From: a virus
Taxonomy: Duplodnaviria > Caudoviricetes
DNA: 64,000 nucleotides
IMG/VR virus record: IMGVR_UViG_3300025154_001556
Direction: 5' to 3' (one strand)
This document shows positions 1-9,937 of the stretch, in pieces; position 1 is the stretch's first letter, and each line of letters begins with the position of its first letter. The notes beneath the pieces were generated by a model. That model was not told where the DNA came from and searched no databases. It saw only the letters and a list, made by a program, of their open reading frames with translations. Position numbers and translations under genes: made by a program.

Positions 1-3000
1 CCTTGGCTTTATTATAGATATCTTGTTGGACAGAAGCCTCTTCTGGAATAGTTAAACCTGATGTAGCATCTTTAAAATACTCTATCATAAACTTATTACC
101 AGAGTTTATGAGTTGTGATTTTAGCCCTTCTACTTCTGATTGAGAAGCACCTGCTGCTGTAAGCCCTTCTATTTGACTATCTAACAATTCAGCTGCTAAC
201 TGCCCCATACTTTTAGGCATTTTGGCAGTACCTAAACCAGCGTTTACCTGCTCTTCACTAGTAAGTACTTTTATGTTTTTATCACCCCAAGTTTTAAGAA
301 TGTCTGACATTTTAGATGTGTCAGTAGAGGTCATAGACACACCCTTCGATCCAAAACGTGTGGTAAACTTTCTACCAAAGTGATTCATAAAAACTTCGGC
401 AACTTTCGCTGCTTGCACTTCTACATTCTCAGAACGTACTGTTGCCATGGCTTTTTGTACTTCTGTAATAAAAGCTTTGTCTGCGCGTCCTTTATAGGTA
501 TTACTAACTCCTAACATATCCTGAAACTGGCTATATACTTTATTAATAGCCTCAGGAGAATCTACATCTTTTAACACCCCAGGCTTAACATCTGATACCG
601 CCTCTGTGCCTTTACCCGAACTTAACTCTTTTCCCAGCATCCTACCGCCGGCTGCGGGTAAAACTAATGTTTTTGTTAAAGAGGTAACAGCATCAGCAAG
701 TTTACCAGATACAAGTATTTGATCTTCAAACGTGCCGGCAGTGTGGCGTAATTCAGCAGTGACGTTAAAACCATAACCTTTCTCACCGTAACGGCCACCT
801 TCGATTAAAGATTTTTCACGCTCTGTTCTTAATGTTGGTGTTGTAGTACCAATCCCTTTTACACGGGCTACATCAAATTTATCTGTAAGGCCGTTTATTT
901 CATCAATAGAAGAGGACATAGCGTTAGTAACACCCGCTATATTACGTCCTAATTGTTGAAATTCACCAAAAGGGGCCATGCTTGTTAAGTCATCAACAAA
1001 CATCTTTATATTAGTTCCACCAAGTGCTTTTAAGTAAGATAGCCCTTCTTCGTAATCTTTATTATCCTCGTCGGCTCCTCTTACTTTATTAGATTTAAGG
1101 TAAGCTATGGAACTAGCCTGAGACTCGGGTATACCTAAGGAGGATAGTTTTCTTCCTTGTGTAGGCAGTTCTTGTAACCGTTTAACAATAGGACCAGATT
1201 CCGGAGATTCTGCCGCCAATTTAGCGAGCATGTCCCTTTCAGCGTACATTTCCTTAAAACGTAGGTTTAAATCTTTAATATAATTTTTATGTTCTTCAGG
1301 TTTTAATTCATAATCCCTTTCAGTAGGATATAAACCTGGTGTACCTCTGGAAAGAAGATTAACCACATTAGATTGCTGTAAACCACGACGTGGTTTACCG
1401 GGCTCTATTAGCGGCATCAGTTGTTCTACTTGTTTTGTAGCTGATTCAAAGCCCCTGGCACCACTCTGGTATGCTGGTTTTTCTACCAACTTTTTTAGCG
1501 GGTCTGCTAAGACCTTACCATAGATATCATATATGTTTTTAAATTCTACTTTATCTAAGGCCTTTGCAAAATCATATGCTGACACTTGTGCGGTGTTCAT
1601 CATATTAACAAAAGACATGATCTGCGTTTTAAGATCTTTGTTGGGGTCAAGGGTAAACTGATCTATCTGATTAGTAATGTTGGTTAATGCAGGTAATATG
1701 TCTAAATCAGGATCTATACGTTTTTTCTGCACCATTTTGGAAACAGTGGCTGCTTTGTACCCTTCTTTGATGCCGGAGAATTCTTTAATAACACGTGCAT
1801 ATTCAGTTGATGCAGGTGCACCCTGTTTAAAAGTGCTTATATCAGCTAGCAATTTAGTTACTAAATCTGATACAGCATTTTGTTCTAAGCGTGTTTGGGG
1901 ATTAACACCAATAGTTTGTATTTTAGAAGCATAGTCTTCTTCGCGGCTTAATGTGCCGGCCTGTAGTGCCTTACTGTACAGCTTTTCCAGCCCTGTTTCA
2001 AACATTGCAAATTTAGATAAAGCACGTTCTGAGCCATGAGCGGTTTCCAAAATAGGGGTACCGGAAGGAGTCATCCTAGCCGCAGGTAGTGCCACATTAC
2101 GGATATAAGGGGCTGGATGTTCTTTTCTTGTAGTGTCCACATCAGATAAACTTCTGTTGACCTCAGCTACCGCGTATGTTTGTCTAGTAAGTTGTGTTAG
2201 TGGCCCTAATTGACTACCAACAGCTTTTTTTACACCTTCAACTAAATTAACAGTGCCTTTGGATGTTTCATAAGCCGTTTTAAGATCAAGAAGTGCTTTT
2301 TTAATTTCAGGATCTGCCACGGTTGTCCAACCAGCTATATTTTCTTTCGACGCGGACTTCATCCACGTAGCTACTTTACTAGCCAGTAACTCCGCATTTT
2401 CATCAGCACTACCGCCATGAGTTACATTTGCCATTAACTTATCTAACTGCAGCTCTTTAAAGGCAGAAACTATTTGATTTGGATCACCCGTAGCAGTTCT
2501 TTTGTTTTTTGTAAGTTCTCTTTGCATAGATTTTACATCCGCTATCTGCATGGTCCACATTTTAGCGTTTGTTTGATTTAAGCTATTACTTACATTTGTA
2601 AAATATTTGCTACTTTCAGGAGCTCCGGGCATTTCTAAAGGCTTCCAATCAGATTTACCTAATTGCTCAGTAACCGTGTTAGTAATATCTTTTAGTAATG
2701 CATTTAATGAGCTGGAAAGCTGTCTCTCCATAGCATGGACGTCGAGGGAAGCTCTGGAAGCGGAGATACCTTTAAGAATACCTTGCACAGAATCAGCCAT
2801 CTGATCTTTTGCGGTAGCTACTTTATCGAACTCCTGTTTTATATTATCAGCACTATAACCACCTACTGCTGGTTTTATTACTTTAGATCCATAAACAGCT
2901 TTTTGTTCTGATGTACTACCGATCGCTTTAATTCTGCTAATATTTGCTGCCGGTGTGGTAGGAGCTTTGGCGCCGACATTAGTAGCAACTTTTGTAGTTG

Positions 3001-4936
3001 GTGCAGCCAACACAGTGTGTTTAGTACTATCAGCTAATTTAGTTAAAGACGCAGCTACTTCGGCTACATTACGCTCTAAGGCTTCAAACTTGCTACTTAA
3101 ATCTTCTGTTTTTATAGCCCTAACCTTAGTTACTAAATTATCAGCAATTTGAGATCCGGCCTTGGCTTGACTTACCATTGAGGCCTCAGTTGTATTTTGT
3201 AGCTCATCAATCAAAGATCGCAGGGCGGCAATCTCACTGGATGCTTTTTTTACTTCTGGGCTATTAAAAGAACTCGTCCTTAAGGTCTTATTTATAGATT
3301 CAGTTTTAACACTTAAAGATTCTGTAAGAACCCCTTTTAATGATTCTAAATTCTTTTTTAAAGTAGATATAGCTTGTTTATAATTATTAAAATAGCCACT
3401 TAAAGCTTTGGCAGCCTCGTCGGCGTTTAAATCAAGCAGCACGTCTAATTTAACGTTATCTGGAAATTTAGAAGTTATTAAACGTTCAATGTTTTCTAAC
3501 TTAGGGGCTATTACTATCTCAGCAGCACCTGATGAAATTTCCTTAATTACAGAATTAAGTTCTTTTTTAACATCCGCAGTGTCTATTGTAACATCTAGGG
3601 TGGCGGCTTTATCTATAATATCAAGTAGTGTAGTTATTTCCTTAAGTTTTTTATTAAGTGTTGTAGCTACACCTATCTTAATATCTCTATCTTTTACTAG
3701 AGTATCTATGTCTTTTTCAGCTAATTTAGTATCGGCAGAAACTTGGACAGTTACTTTACTGTTAGAAGCATTTATTATAGAATCAATTGTTTTTCTAAAT
3801 GCTTTATCATCAACATCTACTGATAGTACCAACTTTTCAGAAAGTTTATTGAGTCTAGTAATTATTTCTTTATCATTAAGGGCTACATCTATTTGTTGCT
3901 TAGACTTTTTAGTAGCTGTTTCTAGATATTTTATGTTGCTGGTAGATCCACCAGATTTTAAAAGTTTAGGTAAGTCTTCTAGTGCTTTACTTACAGCACG
4001 TAACTCAGAAAGTGTACTAACTAAAACTTTATCTGTTTGTTTAGAAGGCTCTTTACTAATTATACTTGTTTTCTTTGCAGCGGATAAAGTAACCAAACCT
4101 TTTTCTACTGATTTAGATATGGCTGAGGCCAACGCATACGTATCGATACCGCTAGCAGCAGAAGAGCGTTGTTTTGTAGTTTCTTCTTTTACGGCTTTTT
4201 TTATTTGATCTAGTTCTTTTATAATGTCAGAACTAGCAGCTGGTGAAGCCTCTACTGCTTTGGATAATTTTGTTAGTCCGGAAGTAAGTTGTTTAATCTC
4301 TGAATATAATTTTGATAGTCCAGCACTTACTTCTTTTACATTTGATGTATCTTTGGTTGTTGTAACAGTAGTTTTGTAGGAATTATCTACGCTCTTGGCT
4401 AACCCTTCTATGGCTGTTTGTAACTTAGTTAATTTACCAAAGTCAGTTGATGCAGGATCTTTTTTAATGGCAGTAAGGATAGAGGTATTGAGATCTTTTA
4501 TACTTTTGTCTATGGCAGTTTTATCTGATTTACCTGATATGGCGCCTAATACTTTTGTTAGCGCACCTAATTCTTTTGTTATAATTGATTCTAATGCCTT
4601 AGTATCTAATGTAGTTGTAGGTTTACCCGAAGACGTGGTTCCGCCTGCAGTGATACTTCGTTGAAATTCTTTGGCTATTGTTTTGGAAATATTATCTGCA
4701 AGGATCTTTGCTTGCTGGGCAGTATCTTTTGTAGCAGTGCTTGACTGAGCTTTACCATACGCATCATTTAGCCCATCCTTTATTGCTTTTTTAACAGAAG
4801 ACGCTAATCTATCGGTTAACCCATTAAATGCTTTTGCTAATGTGCTATCTAAGGTAGAAGCTATATTGTCGGCCTTATTGCTTCCTGAACTTGATCCACT
4901 TATTATATGAGATACTGTGATGTCGTGCTTAGCCAA
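1..4936 (-). CDS. Giant tape-measure-position virion protein (>1640 aa, 3'-truncated by the window) with RNA polymerase beta-like motifs
   Basis: Not in the ORF track because it runs off the edge. TTG start at 4936 with AGGAGG 7 nt upstream. The segments I translated (N-terminal about 800 nt and most of 2240 to 2) are open in one frame, and long antisense shadow ORFs cover part of the remainder. Ala/Lys/Ser/Thr-rich helical N-terminus; lies directly downstream of the tail tube and two chaperone-like genes. Contains FEDQILVSGKLA (D codon 724-722) and GRKFTTRFGSKGV (376-338). Confidence 0.8.
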   Translation of the reverse strand, partial: MAKHDITVSHIISGSSSGSNKADNIASTLDSTLAKAFNGLTDRLASSVKKAIKDGLNDAYGKAQSSTATKDTAQQAKILADNISKTIAKEFQRSITAGGTTSSGKPTTTLDTKALESIITKELGALTKVLGAISGKSDKTAIDKSIKDLNTSILTAIKKDPASTDFGKLTKLQTAIEGLAKSVDNSYKTTVTTTKDTSNVKEVSAGLSKLYSEIKQLTSGLTKLSKAVEASPAASSDIIKELDQIKKAVKEETTKQRSSAASGIDTYALASAISKSVEKGLVTLSAAKKTSIISKEPSKQTDKVLVSTLSELRAVSKALEDLPKLLKSGGSTSNIKYLETATKKSKQQIDVALNDKEIITRLNKLSEKLVLSVDVDDKAFRKTIDSIINASNSKVTVQVSADTKLAEKDIDTLVKDRDIKIGVATTLNKKLKEITTLLDIIDKAATLDVTIDTADVKKELNSVIKEISSGAAEIVIAPKLENIERLITSKFPDNVKLDVLLDLNADEAAKALSGYFNNYKQAISTLKKNLESLKGVLTESLSVKTESINKTLRTSSFNSPEVKKASSEIAALRSLIDELQNTTEASMVSQAKAGSQIADNLVTKVRAIKTEDLSSKFEALERNVAEVAASLTKLADSTKHTVLAAPTTKVATNVGAKAPTTPAANISRIKAIGSTSEQKAVYGSKVIKPAVGGYSADNIKQEFDKVATAKDQMADSVQGILKGISASRASLDVHAMERQLSSSLNALLKDITNTVTEQLGKSDWKPLEMPGAPESSKYFTNVSNSLNQTNAKMWTMQIADVKSMQRELTKNKRTATGDPNQIVSAFKELQLDKLMANVTHGGSADENAELLASKVATWMKSASKENIAGWTTVADPEIKKALLDLKTAYETSKGTVNLVEGVKKAVGSQLGPLTQLTRQTYAVAEVNRSLSDVDTTRKEHPAPYIRNVALPAARMTPSGTPILETAHGSERALSKFAMFETGLEKLYSKALQAGTLSREEDYASKIQTIGVNPQTRLEQNAVSDLVTKLLADISTFKQGAPASTEYARVIKEFSGIKEGYKAATVSKMVQKKRIDPDLDILPALTNITNQIDQFTLDPNKDLKTQIMSFVNMMNTAQVSAYDFAKALDKVEFKNIYDIYGKVLADPLKKLVEKPAYQSGARGFESATKQVEQLMPLIEPGKPRRGLQQSNVVNLLSRGTPGLYPTERDYELKPEEHKNYIKDLNLRFKEMYAERDMLAKLAAESPESGPIVKRLQELPTQGRKLSSLGIPESQASSIAYLKSNKVRGADEDNKDYEEGLSYLKALGGTNIKMFVDDLTSMAPFGEFQQLGRNIAGVTNAMSSSIDEINGLTDKFDVARVKGIGTTTPTLRTEREKSLIEGGRYGEKGYGFNVTAELRHTAGTFEDQILVSGKLADAVTSLTKTLVLPAAGGRMLGKELSSGKGTEAVSDVKPGVLKDVDSPEAINKVYSQFQDMLGVSNTYKGRADKAFITEVQKAMATVRSENVEVQAAKVAEVFMNHFGRKFTTRFGSKGVSMTSTDTSKMSDILKTWGDKNIKVLTSEEQVNAGLGTAKMPKSMGQLAAELLDSQIEGLTAAGASQSEVEGLKSQLINSGNKFMIEYFKDATSGLTIPEEASVQQDIYNKAK

Positions 4937-5015
4937 AGCGGTGCCTCCTAGATGATGTTGCTTTAATCAATTAAACATTCTTTTATTCTTAATAATAGAA
5001 TGGTTACCTTATTAC

Positions 5016-6038
5016 TTAACTCCGGCGAGTGCGCTTTTTAATGTCCGTCCTATCTTTTATTTTTTGTGCTTCTTTGGGTTTATCATACTTTATATCTTGG
5101 TATAAATCATTAGATTGCGTTATTATGACCTCTTCTTTACTAAAAGCGGACATTTTGCCTTTATTAAACTTATTACTTTTTTTAGCCGCGTTTTCTTTGG
5201 TACGCTCATTATAGTAATCAGTCATGTAAGCATCTAGTGCATCATCGTCCTCTATTATACTATCTGGTGGTCTATCTTCAGGCATCATTTCGTATATGTT
5301 AGAATAATAACTTGACCAATATATTAAATTAAGCTGATCATTAGAGTACTCAACTGTCGGTATACCAAATAAAGACTCAGTAACTTTTTGGCTATGTACA
5401 TAACGTATACGCCATAAATTGTGTCTTGCAATAAATCTAATTGTCTTCATTGGGATGCCATGATAAAAATGTAGAAAAGCATTCATAACTTTAATTTTAA
5501 AATTTATATTTTTTTCTAAAACTAAACTATCTACATTATCCCAATAATGCTTATCGCCTTGTTCTGTGTATGCACAAGCCCAACATAAATAATGATGTCT
5601 TTCTTCATCTGCCTTTGTTTCGGCGGACATGATTAACCTAGAATTCTTTTTATACTCTATTTCATTTATCTGATCTTTAATTTTATTGATAAGCTTTTTA
5701 ATTCTATCTGCATTAGCTTTTACTTTGGTAGTTTTAGACAGAAGCGCTTCTTGGGCCTCTAATTGTGATTTTAGTTTGGCAACTTTTGTTATATCTTCTT
5801 CTGTATATAAACCACGCTCGCTTAGTAATTTTTCTAATTCGGTTATAGAGTATAAGCCTTCATTGATTGCTTGCTTATAAGATCTCTCATAAACCAGTGT
5901 AGCTCTAAGACGTATTTCAGAAGTTGGTTGCTTAAATATTAAGTATACCTCTTCTGAACCTTTAGTAATGTTTACTATTTCCTTTCCTGTGAAAACCTTA
6001 AGTAGATAACTATCCACCTCTTCATAAGATAGTTCCAT
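5016..6038 (-). CDS. Probable tail assembly chaperone 2
   Basis: 340 aa ORF between the tail tube and tape-measure genes; acidic C-terminal IIEDDDALDAY segment. Assignment by synteny. Confidence 0.45.
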   Translation of the reverse strand: MELSYEEVDSYLLKVFTGKEIVNITKGSEEVYLIFKQPTSEIRLRATLVYERSYKQAINEGLYSITELEKLLSERGLYTEEDITKVAKLKSQLEAQEALLSKTTKVKANADRIKKLINKIKDQINEIEYKKNSRLIMSAETKADEERHHYLCWACAYTEQGDKHYWDNVDSLVLEKNINFKIKVMNAFLHFYHGIPMKTIRFIARHNLWRIRYVHSQKVTESLFGIPTVEYSNDQLNLIYWSSYYSNIYEMMPEDRPPDSIIEDDDALDAYMTDYYNERTKENAAKKSNKFNKGKMSAFSKEEVIITQSNDLYQDIKYDKPKEAQKIKDRTDIKKRTRRS

Positions 6039-6061
6039 GCGTGGCCTTTATATATAGTTAT

Positions 6062-6083
6062 GGGGCTGCTTTTATACAGCCCC
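6062..6083 (-). terminator. Intrinsic terminator-like hairpin between the two chaperone-like genes
   Basis: GGGGCTG-N8-CAGCCCC inverted repeat just downstream of the 6101 stop; weak U-tract. Confidence 0.5.
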
Positions 6084-6100
6084 TTATAACAAGCAATTCT

Positions 6101-6859
6101 TTATTTTGTTTTTTTACGATTTGTTTTTGGCTTTACAACTTCAGACTCAACAGAAGTATTGTGCTCTTCGGTAACCAGTTGTTCTTCTTTAAGTTCGTCA
6201 ACAAGTTCTTCTTCTGCTGCTGCTTTAGCTGCCTCTAAGGCAGCCCTAGCTCTGGTCATGAGATCTTCTTCTACCTCTTTCATAGCCATAGCTTCCGGAG
6301 ACTTTTCCATAAAGTTTGAATCAAGTCCTTGCAGGAACAACATTACTTCGAAACGTGCTCTCATTGCTAGATCTTTATTCTTTGACTTTAAAAAAGCATC
6401 GTAGTTTTCCCACACCCTTTTACCATTAGCGTCTTTGGTAATACTTGAAGTTAGATGTTCCAGTCTGGAATCATCAGCCATCTGTTCACAGGTATTTGAT
6501 AACGGCCCGTTTAAACGTTGGTTCCATTGGAAGAGTTCTTCTCTGGCTATGGATACTTCTACCGCCAAGTTTCTTTTGTCTTCCATTGTTTCTGCTGAGT
6601 CAAGTTGGTCTATCTTGGAGCGTAGGTCTGCAATAAGCTCTTGGGCTCTTTGTTCGAACTCAGGACCAATAATGCCTCTACGCATAAGAATGTCTTGCAT
6701 TTCTGCAGCAGTTGTTATGCCCTCTACCAAACATTTAGTGTATGTTTTGCTGTATTGCCAGTCGGCGCCGCGGATGTCTTCTGCGGTGGGGGATGAGATA
6801 AAATATTCGGTGGTGCCATCAGCACCCTTGAAGTTACGATCTATGGTGTTATCGCTCAT
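6101..6859 (-). CDS. Probable tail assembly chaperone 1
   Basis: 252 aa helical, charged ORF with a good RBS, downstream of the tail tube gene. Synteny only. Confidence 0.45.
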   Translation of the reverse strand: MSDNTIDRNFKGADGTTEYFISSPTAEDIRGADWQYSKTYTKCLVEGITTAAEMQDILMRRGIIGPEFEQRAQELIADLRSKIDQLDSAETMEDKRNLAVEVSIAREELFQWNQRLNGPLSNTCEQMADDSRLEHLTSSITKDANGKRVWENYDAFLKSKNKDLAMRARFEVMLFLQGLDSNFMEKSPEAMAMKEVEEDLMTRARAALEAAKAAAEEELVDELKEEQLVTEEHNTSVESEVVKPKTNRKKTK

Positions 6860-6900
6860 AATAAATACTCCTTTACCTTTAAATTAAAAACCTTAGCCTT

Positions 6901-7152
6901 TTACTTCCTATTATTTGAAACTTCTATAACATCCTCTGAATTGATTTTTAATACCATCTCGTATTGGTCTGATTTGTTTTTCAGATTCCTAATACAGTTA
7001 TTACCAACTCTGAGGATTTTGGCTCTAAGTGCTTTGAACGTCCCTTGATGTTCACAAGCCACCTGAGCAAAGTCTAAAGCAGATTCAAATAGTCTTGTCA
7101 CTTCTTTTTCTATTTCTCTTTTGAATCTATCCCTGCTCTTTAAATTATCCAT
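6901..7152 (-). CDS. Conserved-looking hypothetical protein (83 aa)
   Basis: The track start at 7197 lies in a terminator; the ATG at 7152 (MDNLKSRDR) has GGAGG upstream. Confidence 0.6.
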   Translation of the reverse strand: MDNLKSRDRFKREIEKEVTRLFESALDFAQVACEHQGTFKALRAKILRVGNNCIRNLKNKSDQYEMVLKINSEDVIEVSNNRK

Positions 7153-7176
7153 TCCTTTAATCCTCCAAATATATAA

Positions 7177-7200
7177 GGGGTGAGGTATTACCCCCACCCC
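7177..7200 (-). terminator. Terminator after the major tail gene
   Basis: Minus-strand GGGGTGGGG-GTAATA-CCTCACCCC stem followed by TTATAT, 18 nt after the 7218 stop. Confidence 0.65.
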
Positions 7201-7217
7201 TCCCAGTTAATTAAAAA

Positions 7218-8831
7218 TTAACCATTACGTCTTACTTTATAGTCGCCGGTAATATGTGTAATATCGATATCACCTTTAACTACATAAAGGTCATTGGTTG
7301 ATCTGAAACCAAAAGTCTGAGTCATATTAGCACCCATATCAAGTGTTGAGCCCTCATCAGTAATCTTAAGGTGTTCAACGATAATGGTTTTAAGTGCATA
7401 CTCACGGTCGCCCGCAGCATATGTACCCATAACACCGTTATTCCAGTAATTCTGACCAATAAGATCGGAGCCGGCTCTAACAGTTCTAACATAACCTGTA
7501 CCCTTAGCTTCCTCATCGGTTTGAGCATAAACTTTAACAACAAGTTTAAGATCTTCAGAGGCCATAAGGTCAGCTAAATTGATGTCTTCCAAAGAGTCCG
7601 CATCAAACTCCGCAAGACGGTTGGCTACTTTTGACCAGTTCTCCAAGTCACCGGCTGTAGAATCTACAGTTACAGTGATAGGAATAGGCAGCGTAAGGGG
7701 TCTATCATAAGGCCCTAAATGACCAAGCTCTGATAGAGGCTCACGTGTAAGGTCAGAAGAAATAGTACAACCAGTCAAACGCCAAGCAATATCCCACTCA
7801 GCGGCATCATTGGCTACGATATAAACTGCAACCTGACCCTGACGAAGAGCGCCCAGAAAATCAGGCCTTGATGTAGCGTCAAGTACTTGGAAATAAGTAT
7901 TTTCGGTTGTATTGCCATAGCCATTGGCGGCGTACAACATTTCTAATCTGTCCCCAGCACCAAATGTAGTGCCTGTCGGAAAAGTAATTACATGTCCTGT
8001 ACTGTTATATACAAACTTAGACGCTCTAGCAGCTGCTTCTTCAGCCGCAGCTAAGGCAGCTACCTGTGCTTCAGTCATAACAGCTACATTTACCATCTCG
8101 TTGGCGCTAGCATCGTACCAAGTTACCGCTGGAGAACCGTTATCATCTTTACGTAAGAACCCAGGGTTTGCCGATGAAAGCTCGGCTACTGCATAAGCTC
8201 CAGCAGATAAAGTTGTGGAGGTCTCTGAACCGGTTGTAAAAGTGAAAGTATCCATGTTTACAAAGCGACCGGCATTCAGAAGCCACATCTTGTTATCGGT
8301 TTCAGCGCCGTAGTTCTCAGTAGCGTTAGCACCGGTGGTGTAACTAAATTCGAGGCTATTAACATAAACTTCGTCCATAAACAGAGTCTGATCTATGTTA
8401 TTAGCAAGTGTACCAATAGAGCACTCGTCCTGAACAGGAGCCCAAATTGTAACACCGGGTAAGTTACCACATACGATTGAAAAGTCAGCCAGAGAAACAC
8501 CATGTAGATAGGTGCTTGTTTCTGCAAGCTGAGTACCACTTACAACAACTAAATTACCATTTGTACTTGTAGCAGTAGCAGACATTGCTGCTTTTGCAGG
8601 TGAAACCTGTGCTAGTGTAGCCAGTGTTTTGACATCACCGAAGTCATTTGTGTTCAAGGTCACTGCCACTGCTGGAACGTCATCGACAACGTCAATGATA
8701 TCCAGATGACCGAGTTCAAAAATATCTTCACTGGTAAATGTCGTGGTGCTTCCTAAAGATTGTACACGGTAAAGAACCTCACCGTTACACCACACCGATT
8801 GGCTCGCATAAATTATTCTATTCCTTGCCAT
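7218..8831 (-). CDS. Major tail (tube) protein with apparent internal duplication
   Basis: 537 aa with a strong RBS, positioned between neck/tail-terminator genes and chaperones/TMP. Repeated motif EDIFELGHL ... EPLSELGHL and GANATENY ... GANMTQTF. Confidence 0.7.
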   Translation of the reverse strand: MARNRIIYASQSVWCNGEVLYRVQSLGSTTTFTSEDIFELGHLDIIDVVDDVPAVAVTLNTNDFGDVKTLATLAQVSPAKAAMSATATSTNGNLVVVSGTQLAETSTYLHGVSLADFSIVCGNLPGVTIWAPVQDECSIGTLANNIDQTLFMDEVYVNSLEFSYTTGANATENYGAETDNKMWLLNAGRFVNMDTFTFTTGSETSTTLSAGAYAVAELSSANPGFLRKDDNGSPAVTWYDASANEMVNVAVMTEAQVAALAAAEEAAARASKFVYNSTGHVITFPTGTTFGAGDRLEMLYAANGYGNTTENTYFQVLDATSRPDFLGALRQGQVAVYIVANDAAEWDIAWRLTGCTISSDLTREPLSELGHLGPYDRPLTLPIPITVTVDSTAGDLENWSKVANRLAEFDADSLEDINLADLMASEDLKLVVKVYAQTDEEAKGTGYVRTVRAGSDLIGQNYWNNGVMGTYAAGDREYALKTIIVEHLKITDEGSTLDMGANMTQTFGFRSTNDLYVVKGDIDITHITGDYKVRRNG

Positions 8832-9058
8832 ATCGTTTTTTCCTCCTAGAAAATTAATTTTTTTGAAGACTTACTTTTAAATAAAGTGTAATTCTATAAA
8901 TTTTTGGTTGGTATGTTTACTACTTCCTTTGTGTTTAATAAGAGCTGAGGCGGCCCTATGTTAAACCAAAGCCGTGTCCTCCCACATCCTGTGGGAAATT
9001 TAAAACTTCTACTATATCTTAATAGGTTAGTTAATTAGTATGTATATATAATTATTTA

Positions 9059-9937
9059 CTAACTACCATCAAGGTAAGAATACATATCTAACGATATCTT
9101 ACTCCGGTACGCATTTAAGTCACTCAACATTACTTGATCAACACCTCTTGACATTACTAATGGCAGATTAACGTGTCTTGATGTTACGTTATCAAAATAT
9201 AAATTACTTACTCCTAATACTACTGATCTATCAAATAAATTAGTATCTTTATTAAGGTTGTATTTCCTATTATAGAATGTGCCATCGTAATCTAGTACAG
9301 ACCCATCTGGAAAATCCATTAATGGTATACTTTTTAAATACAATGCGTTGTAAATAACTTCTACTATGTCATTACGTTCAGATGTGGATGAAGCAAAAAC
9401 ATGTATATCCACTTTTCTAGCATCTTTATGACCGCCACCTAATTGATAGCCAGTTTTATCTGTACCATTAATGTCAATGACAACTACTGGCGGATCTTCT
9501 GCTTGTATAGCTGCCCACTCATCAACTATACCGGCGTAGTGCCAATAGTAGTCTACAGAATGAGGGGTCACGGTGCCTGACGTTACTATTCTACCATCAA
9601 CATAGTCTACTATATAGCTGTTTTCATCTATTATATTACCATTAATGTCATACACCACAACCCGCTCTGATTGTTCTCTAGTTGGGAGTCCTCTATAACA
9701 GTAAGGACTTGTACCGGATACAGTATCGAAATAAAGCCATCCTCGCCCGCGGGCGGTAGGTTTAGGTATCATCTCAGTCAACGCTTCGTACACAAAACTG
9801 GTAGCTGAGGATATTTCTGGTATATATTCGAGAGGAATATTTTCTTCACGTTCAATAAAATCTACTAACACTATTTCTTTAAGATAGTGATATAAACTTA
9901 GATCTTCTTTACGTAGCTTGGTCATTTCTGAACTCAT
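9059..9937 (-). CDS. Probable tail completion/terminator protein
   Basis: 292 aa; DIHVFASSTSERNDIVEVIYNAL resembles tail terminator proteins; immediately upstream of the major tail gene. Confidence 0.5.
   Translation of the reverse strand: MSSEMTKLRKEDLSLYHYLKEIVLVDFIEREENIPLEYIPEISSATSFVYEALTEMIPKPTARGRGWLYFDTVSGTSPYCYRGLPTREQSERVVVYDINGNIIDENSYIVDYVDGRIVTSGTVTPHSVDYYWHYAGIVDEWAAIQAEDPPVVVIDINGTDKTGYQLGGGHKDARKVDIHVFASSTSERNDIVEVIYNALYLKSIPLMDFPDGSVLDYDGTFYNRKYNLNKDTNLFDRSVVLGVSNLYFDNVTSRHVNLPLVMSRGVDQVMLSDLNAYRSKISLDMYSYLDGS

Noticed and set aside
1677-4664. Plus-strand ORFs (85-266 aa) in the track
   Set aside because: Antisense shadows of the minus-strand giant ORF; Ser/Leu-rich, no RBS. 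The same applies to most short plus-strand ORFs up to 54 kb and minus-strand ORFs beyond 55.5 kb.
6038-6130. Programmed frameshift between the two tail chaperones
   Set aside because: No clear XXXYYYZ slippery site with frame overlap; a hairpin and separate start lie between the genes.
8940-9000. Structured RNA in the major tail gene leader (CCCACA-GGA-TGTGGG hairpin)
   Set aside because: A single short hairpin with no recognisable family; not enough support for an ncRNA call.
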